A DNA stretch of 64,000 nt from Patescibacteria group bacterium (GCA_018816885.1 JAHIUS010000001.1:8028-72027); one strand, 5' to 3'. Positions 32,275-41,759 are shown, numbered from the stretch's first letter. Translations and numbers: made by a program. Notes: generated by a model not told the origin, from the sequence alone.

Positions 32275-32310
32275 AAAAAACAGTAAAAGCATGGTTTGTT
32301 TGCTTTTACT
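32275..32310 (-). terminator. Intrinsic-terminator-like hairpin inside rpoB 5' leader
   Basis: Minus strand AGTAAAAGCA-9 nt-TGCTTTTACT-GTTTTTT. Confidence 0.55.
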
Positions 32311-32366
32311 ATCTTCAATAACTCATCCGGTGCCCTCTTCAGGGGCGTTCTGATAGTACCGCGAGG

Positions 32367-32394
32367 ATTATAAGGTGCGTTACCTGAAAGTCAA
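32367..32394 (-). promoter_or_regulatory. sigma70-like promoter for rpoB
   Basis: Minus strand TTGACT-16 bp-TATAAT. Confidence 0.7.
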
Positions 32395-32401
32395 GCGGTT
32401 T

Positions 32402-33148
32402 TTACGCTTTCGCAAATTTTTCTATAAATTCTTTGGATTCTTTCAGGAGTTTAAACATTTCTGCCCGGTCTCTTACCTTTAGATAGTTCGGTTTGATTTT
32501 AATGGATAATGCTCCTTTGAATCCGTCTGATGCCAGTTTGCTGATGAAGCTTTCCAGAGGGAGGTTTCCTTTTGTTAGAACTTGGTAGCCTTTGTTTCTG
32601 TAAAAGTTGGAAATGTGTACATGGACGAGGAATTTTTGAAGGCTTCCATATGCGTACATGAGGTCCTCTTTCTTCTCGGCGACCCTGGCTGTATCGAGGC
32701 AAGCGTGTTTGAATCTTTTGAGTTCCGACAGATTGTTCATTGCTCTCTCCGGAATGAATCCGAGCCACATTTTGTTTGGGGCGTTTTCGAGTGCTATTGA
32801 GATGTTTTCTTTTTTTCTGATGTTTGGAACCTCTTTTTTGAGCCAGGCCGCATATTTTCTGTCTAAAATTTTCGGTGGTTGGATCACTATAACTTTTGCA
32901 TTTACTTTTTTGGCCATTGTTACCGCTTCTTCGAGGTCTTTTTCTTTTGCATTGTCCAGAGCCTGAACAGCCAGGACGGGTATTTCAGTGGTTGATGAAA
33001 GTTTGGCGATATATTCCGGGTCCAGTGTGTCCAGGTCATTTTTGTCGAGTACGAGGTCGATTCCGTCAAACCCGAGCTCTTTGGCAAACTCGAAAATACG
33101 GTTGAGGCCGTAGCCTTTTAATGAGTCTGTAGTCAGGGTGATTTTCAT
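32402..33148 (-). CDS. Sugar phosphate isomerase/epimerase-like TIM-barrel protein (xylose isomerase-like)
   Basis: ELGFDGIDL, ALEN, CLDT, VHVHISN, G.LPL pattern. Confidence 0.75.
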   Translation of the reverse strand: MKITLTTDSLKGYGLNRIFEFAKELGFDGIDLVLDKNDLDTLDPEYIAKLSSTTEIPVLAVQALDNAKEKDLEEAVTMAKKVNAKVIVIQPPKILDRKYAAWLKKEVPNIRKKENISIALENAPNKMWLGFIPERAMNNLSELKRFKHACLDTARVAEKKEDLMYAYGSLQKFLVHVHISNFYRNKGYQVLTKGNLPLESFISKLASDGFKGALSIKIKPNYLKVRDRAEMFKLLKESKEFIEKFAKA

Positions 33149-33162
33149 TTTTGGTGTTTGTT

Positions 33163-33237
33163 AGGGCATGGGGCATTGGGCATGTGGCACTGCGAGCCTC
33201 TGCGGGGTTCCGCTGTGCGGAACGGTTTCATTGTAGT
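33163..33237. repeat. Heptamers + module A + hairpin module B
   Basis: agggcatggggcattgggcatgtgg...gcctctgcgg; gttccgc-tgt-gcggaac-ggtttcatt-gtagt. Confidence 0.82.
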
Positions 33238-33244
33238 TGATTTT

Positions 33245-34546
33245 TTATCTTGGATCTATTGTTTTTTTGTTGCCCATGTATTTCTGCAGGACTTCCGGGA
33301 CCGCTATTGAGCCGTCTTTTTGCTGGTAGATTTCCAGGATTGGGATTAGGACTCTCGGTGATGCTATGCAGGTGTTGTTCAATGTGTAGCAGAATTTGAT
33401 TTTGCCTTCATTGTCTTTATATCTTAGGTTTAATCTTCTGGCTTGAAAGTCCAAGAAGTTCGAACATGAATGGGTTTCGCCGTAAGATTCTCTGCTTGGC
33501 ATCCAAGTTTCTATGTCGTTTTTGTAATATTGGCCTTGTCCCATGTCTCCGGTGCAGACTGCGACAACGCGGTAGGGGAGATTCAAGTCTTGCAGAACTT
33601 CTTCGGCGTTTTTCAGGAGTAAATCATGCATTTCTTGGCTTTTTTCCATGTTTGCTTCACACACGATTACTTGTTCGATTTTTTGGAATTGATGGACGCG
33701 GTAAAGGCCGTGTGTGTCTTTCCCGTAAGTTCCGGCTTCACGGCGGTAACAGGTTGACCATCCGCAAGATTTTAAAGGTAAATCTTCCTGCGAAAGAATT
33801 TCGTCCGAGCGGTATGAGGTCAGGGCTACTTCGGCTGTTCCGGCCAGGTATTTGTTGTCAGATTCCACTCCTTCTCCTCGTACTCTTTCTACTCCGACTG
33901 CATAGGCTTGTTCTTCGCCACCCGGGAAGTAAGAGGTTCCCATCATCGGCTGATAATTGACGATGTTTGGGACGATCATTGGGGTGAAGCCTTTTTCTAT
34001 GAGTTTGTCCCAGGTGTACATGAGGAGGGCAACTTCGAGCTGGGCTCCTTCGTTTTTCAGGTAATATGAGCGGGTTCCGGCGACTTTTGCGCCTCTTGGC
34101 ATGTCGACAAGGTCGCATTTTTCCGCCAGGGTGACGTGGTCGAGAGGCTGAAAGTCGAATTTCGGTAGTTCTCCCCAGGTTCTTAGCTCGACATTTTCGG
34201 TATCGTCTTTTCCTTCGGGTGTCTCTTTCGATTGCGGGGTTGGAACCAGTAAAGCCAGGCTTAAGAATTCCGCTTCGAGTTCTTGCAGTTTTGGGATGAG
34301 CTTTTTCTCTTCTTCGGAGACTTTTTGCATCTCTGCGATTGCGGATTTTTTCTCTTCGCCGTCTAATTGCGCGATTTTTTCCGATGCTTTGTTCTTTTCC
34401 GCTTTTAAAGCTTCCACTTGTTTGAGGATTTCTCGTTTTTCTTCATCTATTTGCAAAAGTTTATCGACGTCGAGTTTTATTCCTTTCTGCTTGCAGGTTT
34501 TTTTGATTAAATCGGGGTTTTCGCGGATTAGTTTGGGATCTAACAT
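33245..34546 (-). CDS. serS: Serine--tRNA ligase (start corrected to MLDPK)
   Basis: YLAGTAE, CYRREAG, GLYRVHQF.K.EQ, SCSN..DFQARR. Confidence 0.98.
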   Translation of the reverse strand: MLDPKLIRENPDLIKKTCKQKGIKLDVDKLLQIDEEKREILKQVEALKAEKNKASEKIAQLDGEEKKSAIAEMQKVSEEEKKLIPKLQELEAEFLSLALLVPTPQSKETPEGKDDTENVELRTWGELPKFDFQPLDHVTLAEKCDLVDMPRGAKVAGTRSYYLKNEGAQLEVALLMYTWDKLIEKGFTPMIVPNIVNYQPMMGTSYFPGGEEQAYAVGVERVRGEGVESDNKYLAGTAEVALTSYRSDEILSQEDLPLKSCGWSTCYRREAGTYGKDTHGLYRVHQFQKIEQVIVCEANMEKSQEMHDLLLKNAEEVLQDLNLPYRVVAVCTGDMGQGQYYKNDIETWMPSRESYGETHSCSNFLDFQARRLNLRYKDNEGKIKFCYTLNNTCIASPRVLIPILEIYQQKDGSIAVPEVLQKYMGNKKTIDPR

Positions 34547-34655
34547 AATGATAGGGTTTAGTAGGGCATGGGGCATTGGGCATTGTAGCTGAAAGTTTGC
34601 TTGAGTAAAAGATGGAGGCGTGTTTTAATTGGGATCTTTTTTAAAAAAAATAATT

Positions 34656-35303
34656 ATGAGTTTAGAAGAAAATGAATTGGGACTTGCAGAGAAATTGGTC
34701 GCTTCTTATAAGAGGAATAAAGCGATAGTTGAGTTATCCCGGAAATCTCTTTCGGCTGAAGGGAAAAGACTTTTTTACTTGCTAGATGTTGCAGGTTCAA
34801 ATATTGATAACGATGCGAGCTTATTATCATGGATTGTTGATCATTTGGAGCATTTTGCTGATCCCAATAGGTTTGACATACGAATGCTTGAAGAGGCTTA
34901 CGTTGTTTTGTCTCAGATGCCTTGTACTGAGTCGGTTGCTGATTTACTGAGAGGCGTTATTTTATGTCGTCATGGTCTTGTTCGGCTGGGAATTTTGGAA
35001 GATGGTGATGATGTGGAAATCATTGGTTGGAATCCTGAGGTTGGTCATCGTATTATGATTAAGTCCGGCCAGTTTTTAAGAACTGTTGATATAGAGTTAG
35101 TTCGAGGTGGTTATGCTTTTTTCAGCTTACCCAATGGTTTGGCCAGAATCCCTATTGAGAATTTAATGCTTCGTAAAAACTTGCAGTTACCAGGAGGCGT
35201 ATCAGTTGGTCCCGGATGGGAAATTGCGAATCAAGAAAAGGTTCGATGGCTTGGGGAAGAGGAGACTGCGCGGCTTGCGGATGAGGGGATTATCTTTGAG
35301 TAA
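34656..35303 (+). CDS. Hypothetical protein
   Basis: Long ORF with A-rich upstream; no family recognised. Confidence 0.7.
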   Translation: MSLEENELGLAEKLVASYKRNKAIVELSRKSLSAEGKRLFYLLDVAGSNIDNDASLLSWIVDHLEHFADPNRFDIRMLEEAYVVLSQMPCTESVADLLRGVILCRHGLVRLGILEDGDDVEIIGWNPEVGHRIMIKSGQFLRTVDIELVRGGYAFFSLPNGLARIPIENLMLRKNLQLPGGVSVGPGWEIANQEKVRWLGEEETARLADEGIIFE

Positions 35304-35805
35304 TCTGTTGGAATTTTTGGAGATCTATAGTCTCTAGCGTGTTTGGTTTTTTCCCTTTTCCCTTGGGGTTAATTTCGAAACCTAGGGTTCTCATAAAAAT
35401 TCTTATTTGTTCACCTGTTAGGTTGAGTTCTTTGCCGATATTTATTATTGAGTCTGCAGTTTTTTGGCTGCTTGGGTTTTCAAAAAAAGATTCACTTAAT
35501 AAATGAAGTTCCGGCATCTTGTCTCTTATTTTCACAACTAATTCGACTAGTGGGTGGTCGCGGTTTTGAGCGATTAAAGAGGCTGTTTCTATGTAGTAGG
35601 AGTCTAATTGTTCGAGACTGTTACGAATAGCTCTGTATAGTTCAGATATGTCATCTTCCTTTACTTTTTCGATTCGGCCGTCTGTATAGAGGCTTTGTAC
35701 AAAAACTATATTATTGAAAATTTGATCACTTACTGCTGCAAATCCCCATCGATATAATCCTCGTATGAGGTCTTTATCGGATTCTTGGCGGGGTGTGTTC
35801 TCCAT
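35290..35805 (-). CDS. Hypothetical protein
   Basis: 171-aa ORF; 14-nt convergent overlap with neighbour. Confidence 0.7.
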   Translation of the reverse strand: MENTPRQESDKDLIRGLYRWGFAAVSDQIFNNIVFVQSLYTDGRIEKVKEDDISELYRAIRNSLEQLDSYYIETASLIAQNRDHPLVELVVKIRDKMPELHLLSESFFENPSSQKTADSIINIGKELNLTGEQIRIFMRTLGFEINPKGKGKKPNTLETIDLQKFQQITQR

Positions 35806-35836
35806 GAAGATTTGTATAAAGGCAGGTATAAAGGGG

Positions 35837-36343
35837 TTATCGCTTAGTAATCTGAGTAACCCAAGTTTTTAGTGGGTCGCGGGTTTTTCCCTGTTTTTCC
35901 ATGGCTTTGTCTAAGGCGCGAGGGCTGTCTCCCATTTTATCTGCTATTGCGGACTGTTTTGTTTCTGTGCAGATGGCGATCCAGTTGCCGATGTTTCTTT
36001 CGAGTACATCTGGATGTAGTCCCCAAAGTTCTTCGAGGATTTTTTTGGCTTTTTCGTGTCTTGATTGTCTTTCCGGTGAGGTTTCCCGAGGTGTAAAGGC
36101 TCCGGTTCCAGTATTTCTTTGCATTTGCCAGCTTGATGGGTTAGGCGGCATATCTTCTATTCTGGCGAGTTTATGAACGGGTTGTTTTCTTGCGAAAGCT
36201 TTTTTGAGTGCTCTGCCAGCTGTGTTAATTGTGTCCATAATTGTACTGCTTTGGCGGTTGTTTGCTTCTTCATGAACTGTTCTGGCGTATTCATATGGGG
36301 TTAAGTCGCCGTCTGGGTCAACTTCTGTTTCGTATGTTGGCAT
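35837..36343 (-). CDS. Hypothetical protein (C-terminal G.WIA motif reminiscent of DUF5678)
   Basis: 168-aa ORF; domain resemblance is weak. Confidence 0.65.
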   Translation of the reverse strand: MPTYETEVDPDGDLTPYEYARTVHEEANNRQSSTIMDTINTAGRALKKAFARKQPVHKLARIEDMPPNPSSWQMQRNTGTGAFTPRETSPERQSRHEKAKKILEELWGLHPDVLERNIGNWIAICTETKQSAIADKMGDSPRALDKAMEKQGKTRDPLKTWVTQITKR

Positions 36344-36387
36344 AGGTGTTGATAGTTAATAATTGGCTTTATTATGCCATCAAACGA

Positions 36388-36423
36388 GAAAAAGTCACGA
36401 AAATCCCCGGGGATTTTCGTGAC
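36388..36423 (-). terminator. Intrinsic terminator after dnaK
   Basis: Perfect 30-bp palindrome gtcacgaaaatccccggggattttcgtgac followed by T-run on minus strand. Confidence 0.8.
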
Positions 36424-36449
36424 AATTGTTTGCAATTATTGCGCGATAG

Positions 36450-38387
36450 CTATTCTTTTTTCTCCTCGTCTTCTTCAACTACTTCTCCTTCAACAACGTC
36501 CTCTTTTTCTTCCTCGTCTTTTTCGTAGACGCGGACATCTTCGTCGTCTTCAGGCTTCGCACCTGGAGCGCCTGCGGCTTCGTACATTGCGGCTCCGACT
36601 TTTTGGATTAGTTCTGATAGGGCGTCGGAAGCTTCTTTGATTTTTCCATTCTCGGCATTTTCGTCTTCGAGAAGTTTTTTGAGTTCGTCGATTTTTTCTT
36701 GGATTGGCTTTTTGGTGTCTTCGTCGACTTTGTCTCCGGCGTCTTTGAGAGTGCGCTCACAGGTTGAGATTAGCCCTTCGGCGTTGATGCGGGTTTCGAC
36801 TTTCTCTTTCTTTTTCTTGTCTTCGTCGGCGTGGATTTCGGCCTCTTTTCTGAGTTTTTCCACCTCTTCATCGGACATTCCGCTAGATCCGGTTATTGTG
36901 ATGTGTTGTACTTTGTTGGTTCCTTTGTCGAGAGCTTTTACATTCAGGATTCCGTTAGCGTCGATGTCGAATGTTACTTCGATTTGCGGGACTCCGCGCG
37001 GTGCGGGTGGGATTCCATCCAGGATGAATCTGCCGAGCGATTTATTGTCGGCGGCCATTGGTCTTTCTCCTTGAAGTACATGAATTTCTACCGATGGTTG
37101 GTTGGCTGCTGCTGTTGAAAAAACTTGGGATTTGCTTGTTGGGATTGTCGAATTTCTTTCGATAAGAGGTGTCCTGACAGCTCCCATTGTTTCTATCCCC
37201 AGGGTTAAAGGTGTGACATCGAGAAGGAGGACTCCTTTAACATCTCCTTGTAAAACTCCACCTTGAATTGCGGCTCCGAGAGCTACAACTTCGTCGGGGT
37301 TGAGTCCGCTGTGCGGTTCTTTTCCGAAAATTTCTTCAACTTTCTTTTGTACACAAGGCATTCTGGTCATTCCTCCTACCAAAATGATTTCGTCCAGGTC
37401 TGATGAGTAGGTTTTGGCGTCGTCCATGGCTTTTCTGCAAGGGTCCATTGTTTTTTCCAGAAGGTCTGCGATTAAATCTTCAAGTTTTGAGCGGCTTAGT
37501 TTTAGGTTTAAGTGCTTAGGCCCGGATGCGTCCGCTGTTATAAATGGCAGGTTGATGTCTGTTTCGTGGGTTGATGAAAGCTCGATCTTGGCTTTTTCCG
37601 CGGCTTCTTTTAGCCTTTGAAGAGCCATTTTGTCTTTTGTCAGGTCGATCCCTTGATCTTTTTTGAACTCTTTAACCAGCCAGTCGATAATTTTTTCATC
37701 AAAATCATCACCTCCGAGTTGAGTATCGCCATTGGTCGAAAGGACTTCGAATTGCTTCTCGCCGTCGACATCGGCAAGTTCGAGGATGGAGACATCAAAA
37801 GTCCCTCCTCCGAGATCGAATACGGCAACTTTTTTGTCTTCTCCTTTTTTGTCCAGTCCGTATGCGAGTGCAGCGGCTGTTGGTTCGTTGATGATTCTTT
37901 TAACCTCAAGTCCGGCGATTTTCCCGGCGTCTTTGGTGGCTTGGCGTTGTGCGTCGTTGAAGTAGGCGGGGACGGTGATGACAGCTTCCGTAACGGGTTC
38001 ATCGAGGTATTTTTCCGCGTCTGCTTTGAGTTTCTGGAGAATCATTGCGGCGATTTCCGCCGGTCTGTGCTGTTTGCCGTTTAGGACGATTTCCACCTCT
38101 TTGTTTTTGCCTTCAGCTGTTTTGAAAGGCATTCGGTCACAGTCTTTTTTTGCTTCTTTATAGGTGTGGCCGATGAATCTTTTGGCCGAGAAAATTGTGT
38201 TCTCGGGATTGGTGACGGATTGACGCTTGGCGATTATTCCGACAAGGCGTTCTTTATCTTTCATCGCGACTATTGAAGGCGTGGTTCTTTGACCTTCAGA
38301 GTTTGTGATAACTGTTGGTTCGCCTCCTTCCATTACTGCAACGCAGCAGTTTGTGGTTCCGAGGTCGATTCCGATGATTCTAGACAT
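36450..38387 (-). CDS. dnaK: Chaperone DnaK
   Basis: [35 protein letters not shown]. Confidence 0.99.
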   Translation of the reverse strand: MSRIIGIDLGTTNCCVAVMEGGEPTVITNSEGQRTTPSIVAMKDKERLVGIIAKRQSVTNPENTIFSAKRFIGHTYKEAKKDCDRMPFKTAEGKNKEVEIVLNGKQHRPAEIAAMILQKLKADAEKYLDEPVTEAVITVPAYFNDAQRQATKDAGKIAGLEVKRIINEPTAAALAYGLDKKGEDKKVAVFDLGGGTFDVSILELADVDGEKQFEVLSTNGDTQLGGDDFDEKIIDWLVKEFKKDQGIDLTKDKMALQRLKEAAEKAKIELSSTHETDINLPFITADASGPKHLNLKLSRSKLEDLIADLLEKTMDPCRKAMDDAKTYSSDLDEIILVGGMTRMPCVQKKVEEIFGKEPHSGLNPDEVVALGAAIQGGVLQGDVKGVLLLDVTPLTLGIETMGAVRTPLIERNSTIPTSKSQVFSTAAANQPSVEIHVLQGERPMAADNKSLGRFILDGIPPAPRGVPQIEVTFDIDANGILNVKALDKGTNKVQHITITGSSGMSDEEVEKLRKEAEIHADEDKKKKEKVETRINAEGLISTCERTLKDAGDKVDEDTKKPIQEKIDELKKLLEDENAENGKIKEASDALSELIQKVGAAMYEAAGAPGAKPEDDEDVRVYEKDEEEKEDVVEGEVVEEDEEKKE

Positions 38388-38431
38388 GTTAGTGTGTAGT
38401 TAAGTAGTAAAGTAGTGAAGTAGTATGTGGT

Positions 38432-38499
38432 GTTTTGCCTGGCGGCAAAACGGCTTTTTGTAGTTTTTTGGCGCGGGAATCGCTTCGCTTTCTCGCGCT
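38432..38499. repeat. Hairpin module B (double hairpin) in dnaK leader
   Basis: gttttgcc-tggc-ggcaaaac ggcttttt gtagt...ggcgcgggaatcgcttcgctttctcgcgct. Confidence 0.85.
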
Positions 38500-38513
38500 G
38501 TTGTAGGTTAAAC

Positions 38514-38554
38514 TTAGCACGCGACATTATAGAGTGCTAATTTGTAAGGGTCAA
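38514..38554 (-). promoter_or_regulatory. CIRCE operator overlapping the -10 box of the dnaK promoter
   Basis: TTAGCACGC-N9-GAGTGCTAA at 38514-38540 (1 mismatch to consensus); minus strand TTGACC-17 bp-TATAAT. Confidence 0.93.
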
Positions 38555-39597
38555 GAGTTTTTTTGGGTTTTGGGGCAGAGGGTATGGGGCATGAAGTTTT
38601 TCTCCAGTATCTCCATGGTTTCTCCTCCAGCCTTTTTGAACCCGACTTTTTCGTAGCAGCGGATGGCTCTTTTGTTCTCGGGGGAGACTGTTAGGGAGAT
38701 TTTCGAGAGTTTTAATTCTTGAAAGCAATATTTTAAAGCTTCACGGATTGCGGTTGTGCCGTATCCTTTGTCCCAGTAGGATTTTTCGCCGATTATTATG
38801 CCGAGAGAAGGGTCTTTGTCTAAATTGTGGATTCCGATGTTGCCTATGTGGGCGTTTGTTTTTTTGTCGATTATTGCTAGGAGTTTTTCTGTTTTTTTGT
38901 TTAAATTTTCTTCAAACCACTTCTGTTCTTCTTCAAAAGTTTCCGGGAAGGGGCCTGCCATGTGACGGGTGACTTCGGGATCGTTTATCCATTTCCAGCA
39001 TATATCGATGTCGGAGTGGCGGATTGGGCGGAGTAGGATTGAGGGGATAGCAATCTCTTCTAAAAGCTTTTCGAATTTTGTATATCCTGCTTTTTCATTG
39101 AAGTGTCCGGCTCCTCTTATGATATTAACTTTTGTATTTAGGGGTTTAGCGAGATCTTCCGCCAGTTCTAATGGGAAATAGGGGTCATTGTCTGAATGAT
39201 ATATCTGGAAATTTTTGCAGTTTTCTTTGATTTTCTTCCAGTTGAAAGGTTTGGCTACAAATGTTTTTACTAATTCATACCATTCGTTGGTTTTGGGCAG
39301 TGTTTCCGGATTGTATCCGGCTACGAAATAGGCTGATGCAACAGATTTATTTTCGAGGATTGTAAGCAGAAACGGTACCCCGAGGCTGTGTCCGATTACA
39401 ATGGAGTCTTCGTTCAAGAATTCTTCATGTTTTTTGAATACTTTGAGCCAATTTTCGAGTGTATTTCCTTCCGGGGTTGGGAATTTTGGTACAAAAACTT
39501 TGCGACCTCTTTTTTCAAGTTCGTTTTTTAGCCAAGGGAACCAGTTTTCTTCCGGGTGGCCGTATGCACCGTGAATTATGAATATATTAGCTTCCAT
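38551..39597 (-). CDS. RBBP9/YdeN alpha/beta hydrolase fused to RimJ/RimL-type GNAT acetyltransferase
   Basis: IIHG...NWFPWL, GHSLG, SDNDPY, GAGHF; then LRP, WINDPEV, YWDKGYGT, N.RAI.CYEKVGF. Confidence 0.88.
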   Translation of the reverse strand: MEANIFIIHGAYGHPEENWFPWLKNELEKRGRKVFVPKFPTPEGNTLENWLKVFKKHEEFLNEDSIVIGHSLGVPFLLTILENKSVASAYFVAGYNPETLPKTNEWYELVKTFVAKPFNWKKIKENCKNFQIYHSDNDPYFPLELAEDLAKPLNTKVNIIRGAGHFNEKAGYTKFEKLLEEIAIPSILLRPIRHSDIDICWKWINDPEVTRHMAGPFPETFEEEQKWFEENLNKKTEKLLAIIDKKTNAHIGNIGIHNLDKDPSLGIIIGEKSYWDKGYGTTAIREALKYCFQELKLSKISLTVSPENKRAIRCYEKVGFKKAGGETMEILEKNFMPHTLCPKTQKNS

Positions 39598-40072
39598 CTC
39601 CAACTTTTACTTTTGCCGGTTTTATTGCTTTTCCTTTGAATGCGAAGCCTTTTTCGAGTTCTTCTGTTATTTCGTCTTTGGGGCCGGGGCCTTGCAGGAC
39701 GGCTTCGTGCAGTTCCGGGTTGAGTTGTTCGCCGATGGTTTTGATTTCTTCGAGTCCGAGCTGGGTTAAGGTGTCTATGAGTTGTTTTTCTATCGATTCG
39801 ATGCCTTTGACCCATTCGTTTTCCGCGAGATTTTCCGGGAGGCTTTGGAAGGCTCTTTTCAAATTATCGATTATCGGGAAAAGTGCTTCGAGAAGTTGTA
39901 CGTTTGCGAAGATCCTTAGGTCTGCTTGTTCTTCTTGTATTCTTCTTTTGAAATTCTGAAGGTCGGCGGCTGCTCGCATTGCGGTGTCTTTGAGGGTTTC
40001 GTGTTCTTCTCGGATGCGGGCGAGTTCGAGTTTGATTTCTTGGAGGTCTTGTTTGGGGTCTTTTTGGGTCAT
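39587..40072 (-). CDS. grpE: Nucleotide exchange factor GrpE
   Basis: RAAADLQNFKRR, PIIDNL.RA, P.LHEAV, KPAKVKV. Confidence 0.97.
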   Translation of the reverse strand: MTQKDPKQDLQEIKLELARIREEHETLKDTAMRAAADLQNFKRRIQEEQADLRIFANVQLLEALFPIIDNLKRAFQSLPENLAENEWVKGIESIEKQLIDTLTQLGLEEIKTIGEQLNPELHEAVLQGPGPKDEITEELEKGFAFKGKAIKPAKVKVGDGS

Positions 40073-40086
40073 GGTTTTAGGTTGTT

Positions 40087-40182
40087 AGGGCAGAGGGCAT
40101 CCCCGCCTTGGCGGGGTTCAGGGCATGCGGGCCTTCTCGGCCCTCGGTGGATGTTCCGCTGCGCGGAACGGTTTTTTGTAGT
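40087..40182. repeat. Most complete composite element: heptamers + C + A + B
   Basis: agggcagagggcat; ccccgccttggcgggg; agggcatgcgggccttctcggccctcggtgga; gttccgc-tgc-gcggaac ggtttttt gtagt. Confidence 0.9.
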
Positions 40183-40215
40183 GAGGGCTGCAACCAGGAT
40201 TTTGTCCTGCTGTAG

Positions 40216-40935
40216 CTATTGTAGCATTTTGCTGACTTCTTCAAGCAAGGCTTTGTTGTAGGCGTAAGGCATTCGGATTGGGCCGAGGATTCCCATGAAT
40301 CCTTCGAATCCGTCTACGTTGTATTTGGTGACGACCAGTCCGCAGCTGTCGATTCTGTGGATCAGATTTTCTTCTCCGATGAAGATTTTTACTTCATTGT
40401 TTAGGTTTAAAGCTTCCAGGTTGTCGGCAAAGTACTCTCCTTCTTCGAGAACTTCGATGACTTGGCTGGCTTTCATTGGGTTTTCCTGAAATTCCGGTTG
40501 ACGCAGGATGCTGGAAATTCCGAGGTAGAAAGTTCTTTTTTTATCCGGGATGGTGGCGAAGCTGACGTTTGCGGTTGCTTGTGAAAGCAACGATACTGCG
40601 TCGTAAACTTTTTCTCTGGTTTTGTCTAGTTTGTATTGAGTCTGGAGTTTTTTGAGGTTTAGAAGGGCGAGTTTGCGGGCTTTTTCGAAGTCGGCAAGCT
40701 CTTCAACATACATTCTGTATCCTGCGGCTGTCGGAATTCGTCCTGCCGAAGTGTGGGGTTGGGTAATCAGACCTTCTTTCTCCAAAAAAGCCATGTCGTT
40801 ACGGATGGTTGCGGGGCTGAAGTTGAGTTTGTAACTGACTACTATGGTTTTCGACCCGACAGGTTCGGCGGATCCGACGAACTGCTTGATTATCGCTTGG
40901 AGGATTTTTTGTTTTCTGGGGTCGAGGTTTGGCAT
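40216..40935 (-). CDS. hrcA: Heat-inducible repressor HrcA (short form)
   Basis: PVGSK, SPATIRNDM..LE..G.I.QPHTSAGRIPT..GYR.YV, GILGP.RM.Y. Confidence 0.96.
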   Translation of the reverse strand: MPNLDPRKQKILQAIIKQFVGSAEPVGSKTIVVSYKLNFSPATIRNDMAFLEKEGLITQPHTSAGRIPTAAGYRMYVEELADFEKARKLALLNLKKLQTQYKLDKTREKVYDAVSLLSQATANVSFATIPDKKRTFYLGISSILRQPEFQENPMKASQVIEVLEEGEYFADNLEALNLNNEVKIFIGEENLIHRIDSCGLVVTKYNVDGFEGFMGILGPIRMPYAYNKALLEEVSKMLQ

Positions 40936-40936
40936 T

Positions 40937-40971
40937 TAGTGAAGTAACGAAGTAGTATTTAGTGAAGTAAC
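40937..40971. repeat. TAGTGAAG/TAACGAAG/TAGTATK repeat (also at 3198-3241, 38400-38428, 41742-41774)
   Basis: tagtgaag taacgaag tagtatt tagtgaag taac. Confidence 0.8.
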
Positions 40972-41054
40972 AGGTGAAGTTTAATTGGTGGTGTTGTGTT
41001 TGACAAGAGCTCAACCTGTTTGATATGTTGCGATCTTATTTTTTAAAAATATTT

Positions 41055-41759
41055 ATGTCACAAGAAACTCAAAAATCATCTCAAGAAATGCTTGAGAAAA
41101 TACAAGATGATGCGGCGGAGCTTATGGATCTTTTTGATATTGCTCTTAAGGAAGGGGTTTTGGGGGAAGGGAAGGGTTTTCGGGGTAAGGAGAGGTTTAA
41201 TTTGCTTTTTCCTCAAGAGGTTCCTCGTTCGACAAGAGATAGCATGGGCTTCAGGCAGGATTATGATTTTGCGGGGTTTAAATATGAAAGCGAGGTGGCA
41301 AGAATGAGAGACATGTCGAATGATCCTTCGGAGGCTTATGAGCGCAGGGGTGCTTTTTCCGAGGCGTTTAAAGTGTCTTTTGCCAAGAAAAATCGTGAAG
41401 ATGGGGTGGTTTATGATGCTGTTTTTATTGTTAGAACACCTGATGGTGAATATGATCGTTATTGTCTTGATGAGGACAGTGATTTTACTGGGGATTCTAA
41501 ATTTGTCTTGAATTATCCGGATGCGATGCGGAAGTTTGAGGAGTTCCTTTTGTTTGCTGCCGAAGTTTTGAATGAGGAGATGGAGGGTTCGCCATTCCAA
41601 GTGTTGCGAAAACAGATCAGGAATCGTCTTGGAGTTCCTTCTGTTAGTGGTATTATTGATCGGGCTCGAGAGGCGGTTTCCAGTTGTCTTTGTTACGATC
41701 AGATTGTTGCGGCGGAGGTACTTGGGATTCCGGGGAAAGGCAGTGAAGTAGCGAAGTAG
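41055..41759 (+). CDS. Hypothetical protein
   Basis: Long ORF; upstream TTGACA-18 bp-TATGTT; stop codon lies in a repeat. Confidence 0.72.
   Translation: MSQETQKSSQEMLEKIQDDAAELMDLFDIALKEGVLGEGKGFRGKERFNLLFPQEVPRSTRDSMGFRQDYDFAGFKYESEVARMRDMSNDPSEAYERRGAFSEAFKVSFAKKNREDGVVYDAVFIVRTPDGEYDRYCLDEDSDFTGDSKFVLNYPDAMRKFEEFLLFAAEVLNEEMEGSPFQVLRKQIRNRLGVPSVSGIIDRAREAVSSCLCYDQIVAAEVLGIPGKGSEVAK

Noticed and set aside
32350..32365. T-box (GTACCGCG) near rpoB/serS
   Set aside because: Wrong strand for the downstream gene and lacks the GGTGG part and stem I
1116..40834. Many plus-strand ORFs antisense to ribosomal, rpo and dnaK genes
   Set aside because: Shadow ORFs of conserved genes with Ser/Phe-rich composition and no recognisable motifs
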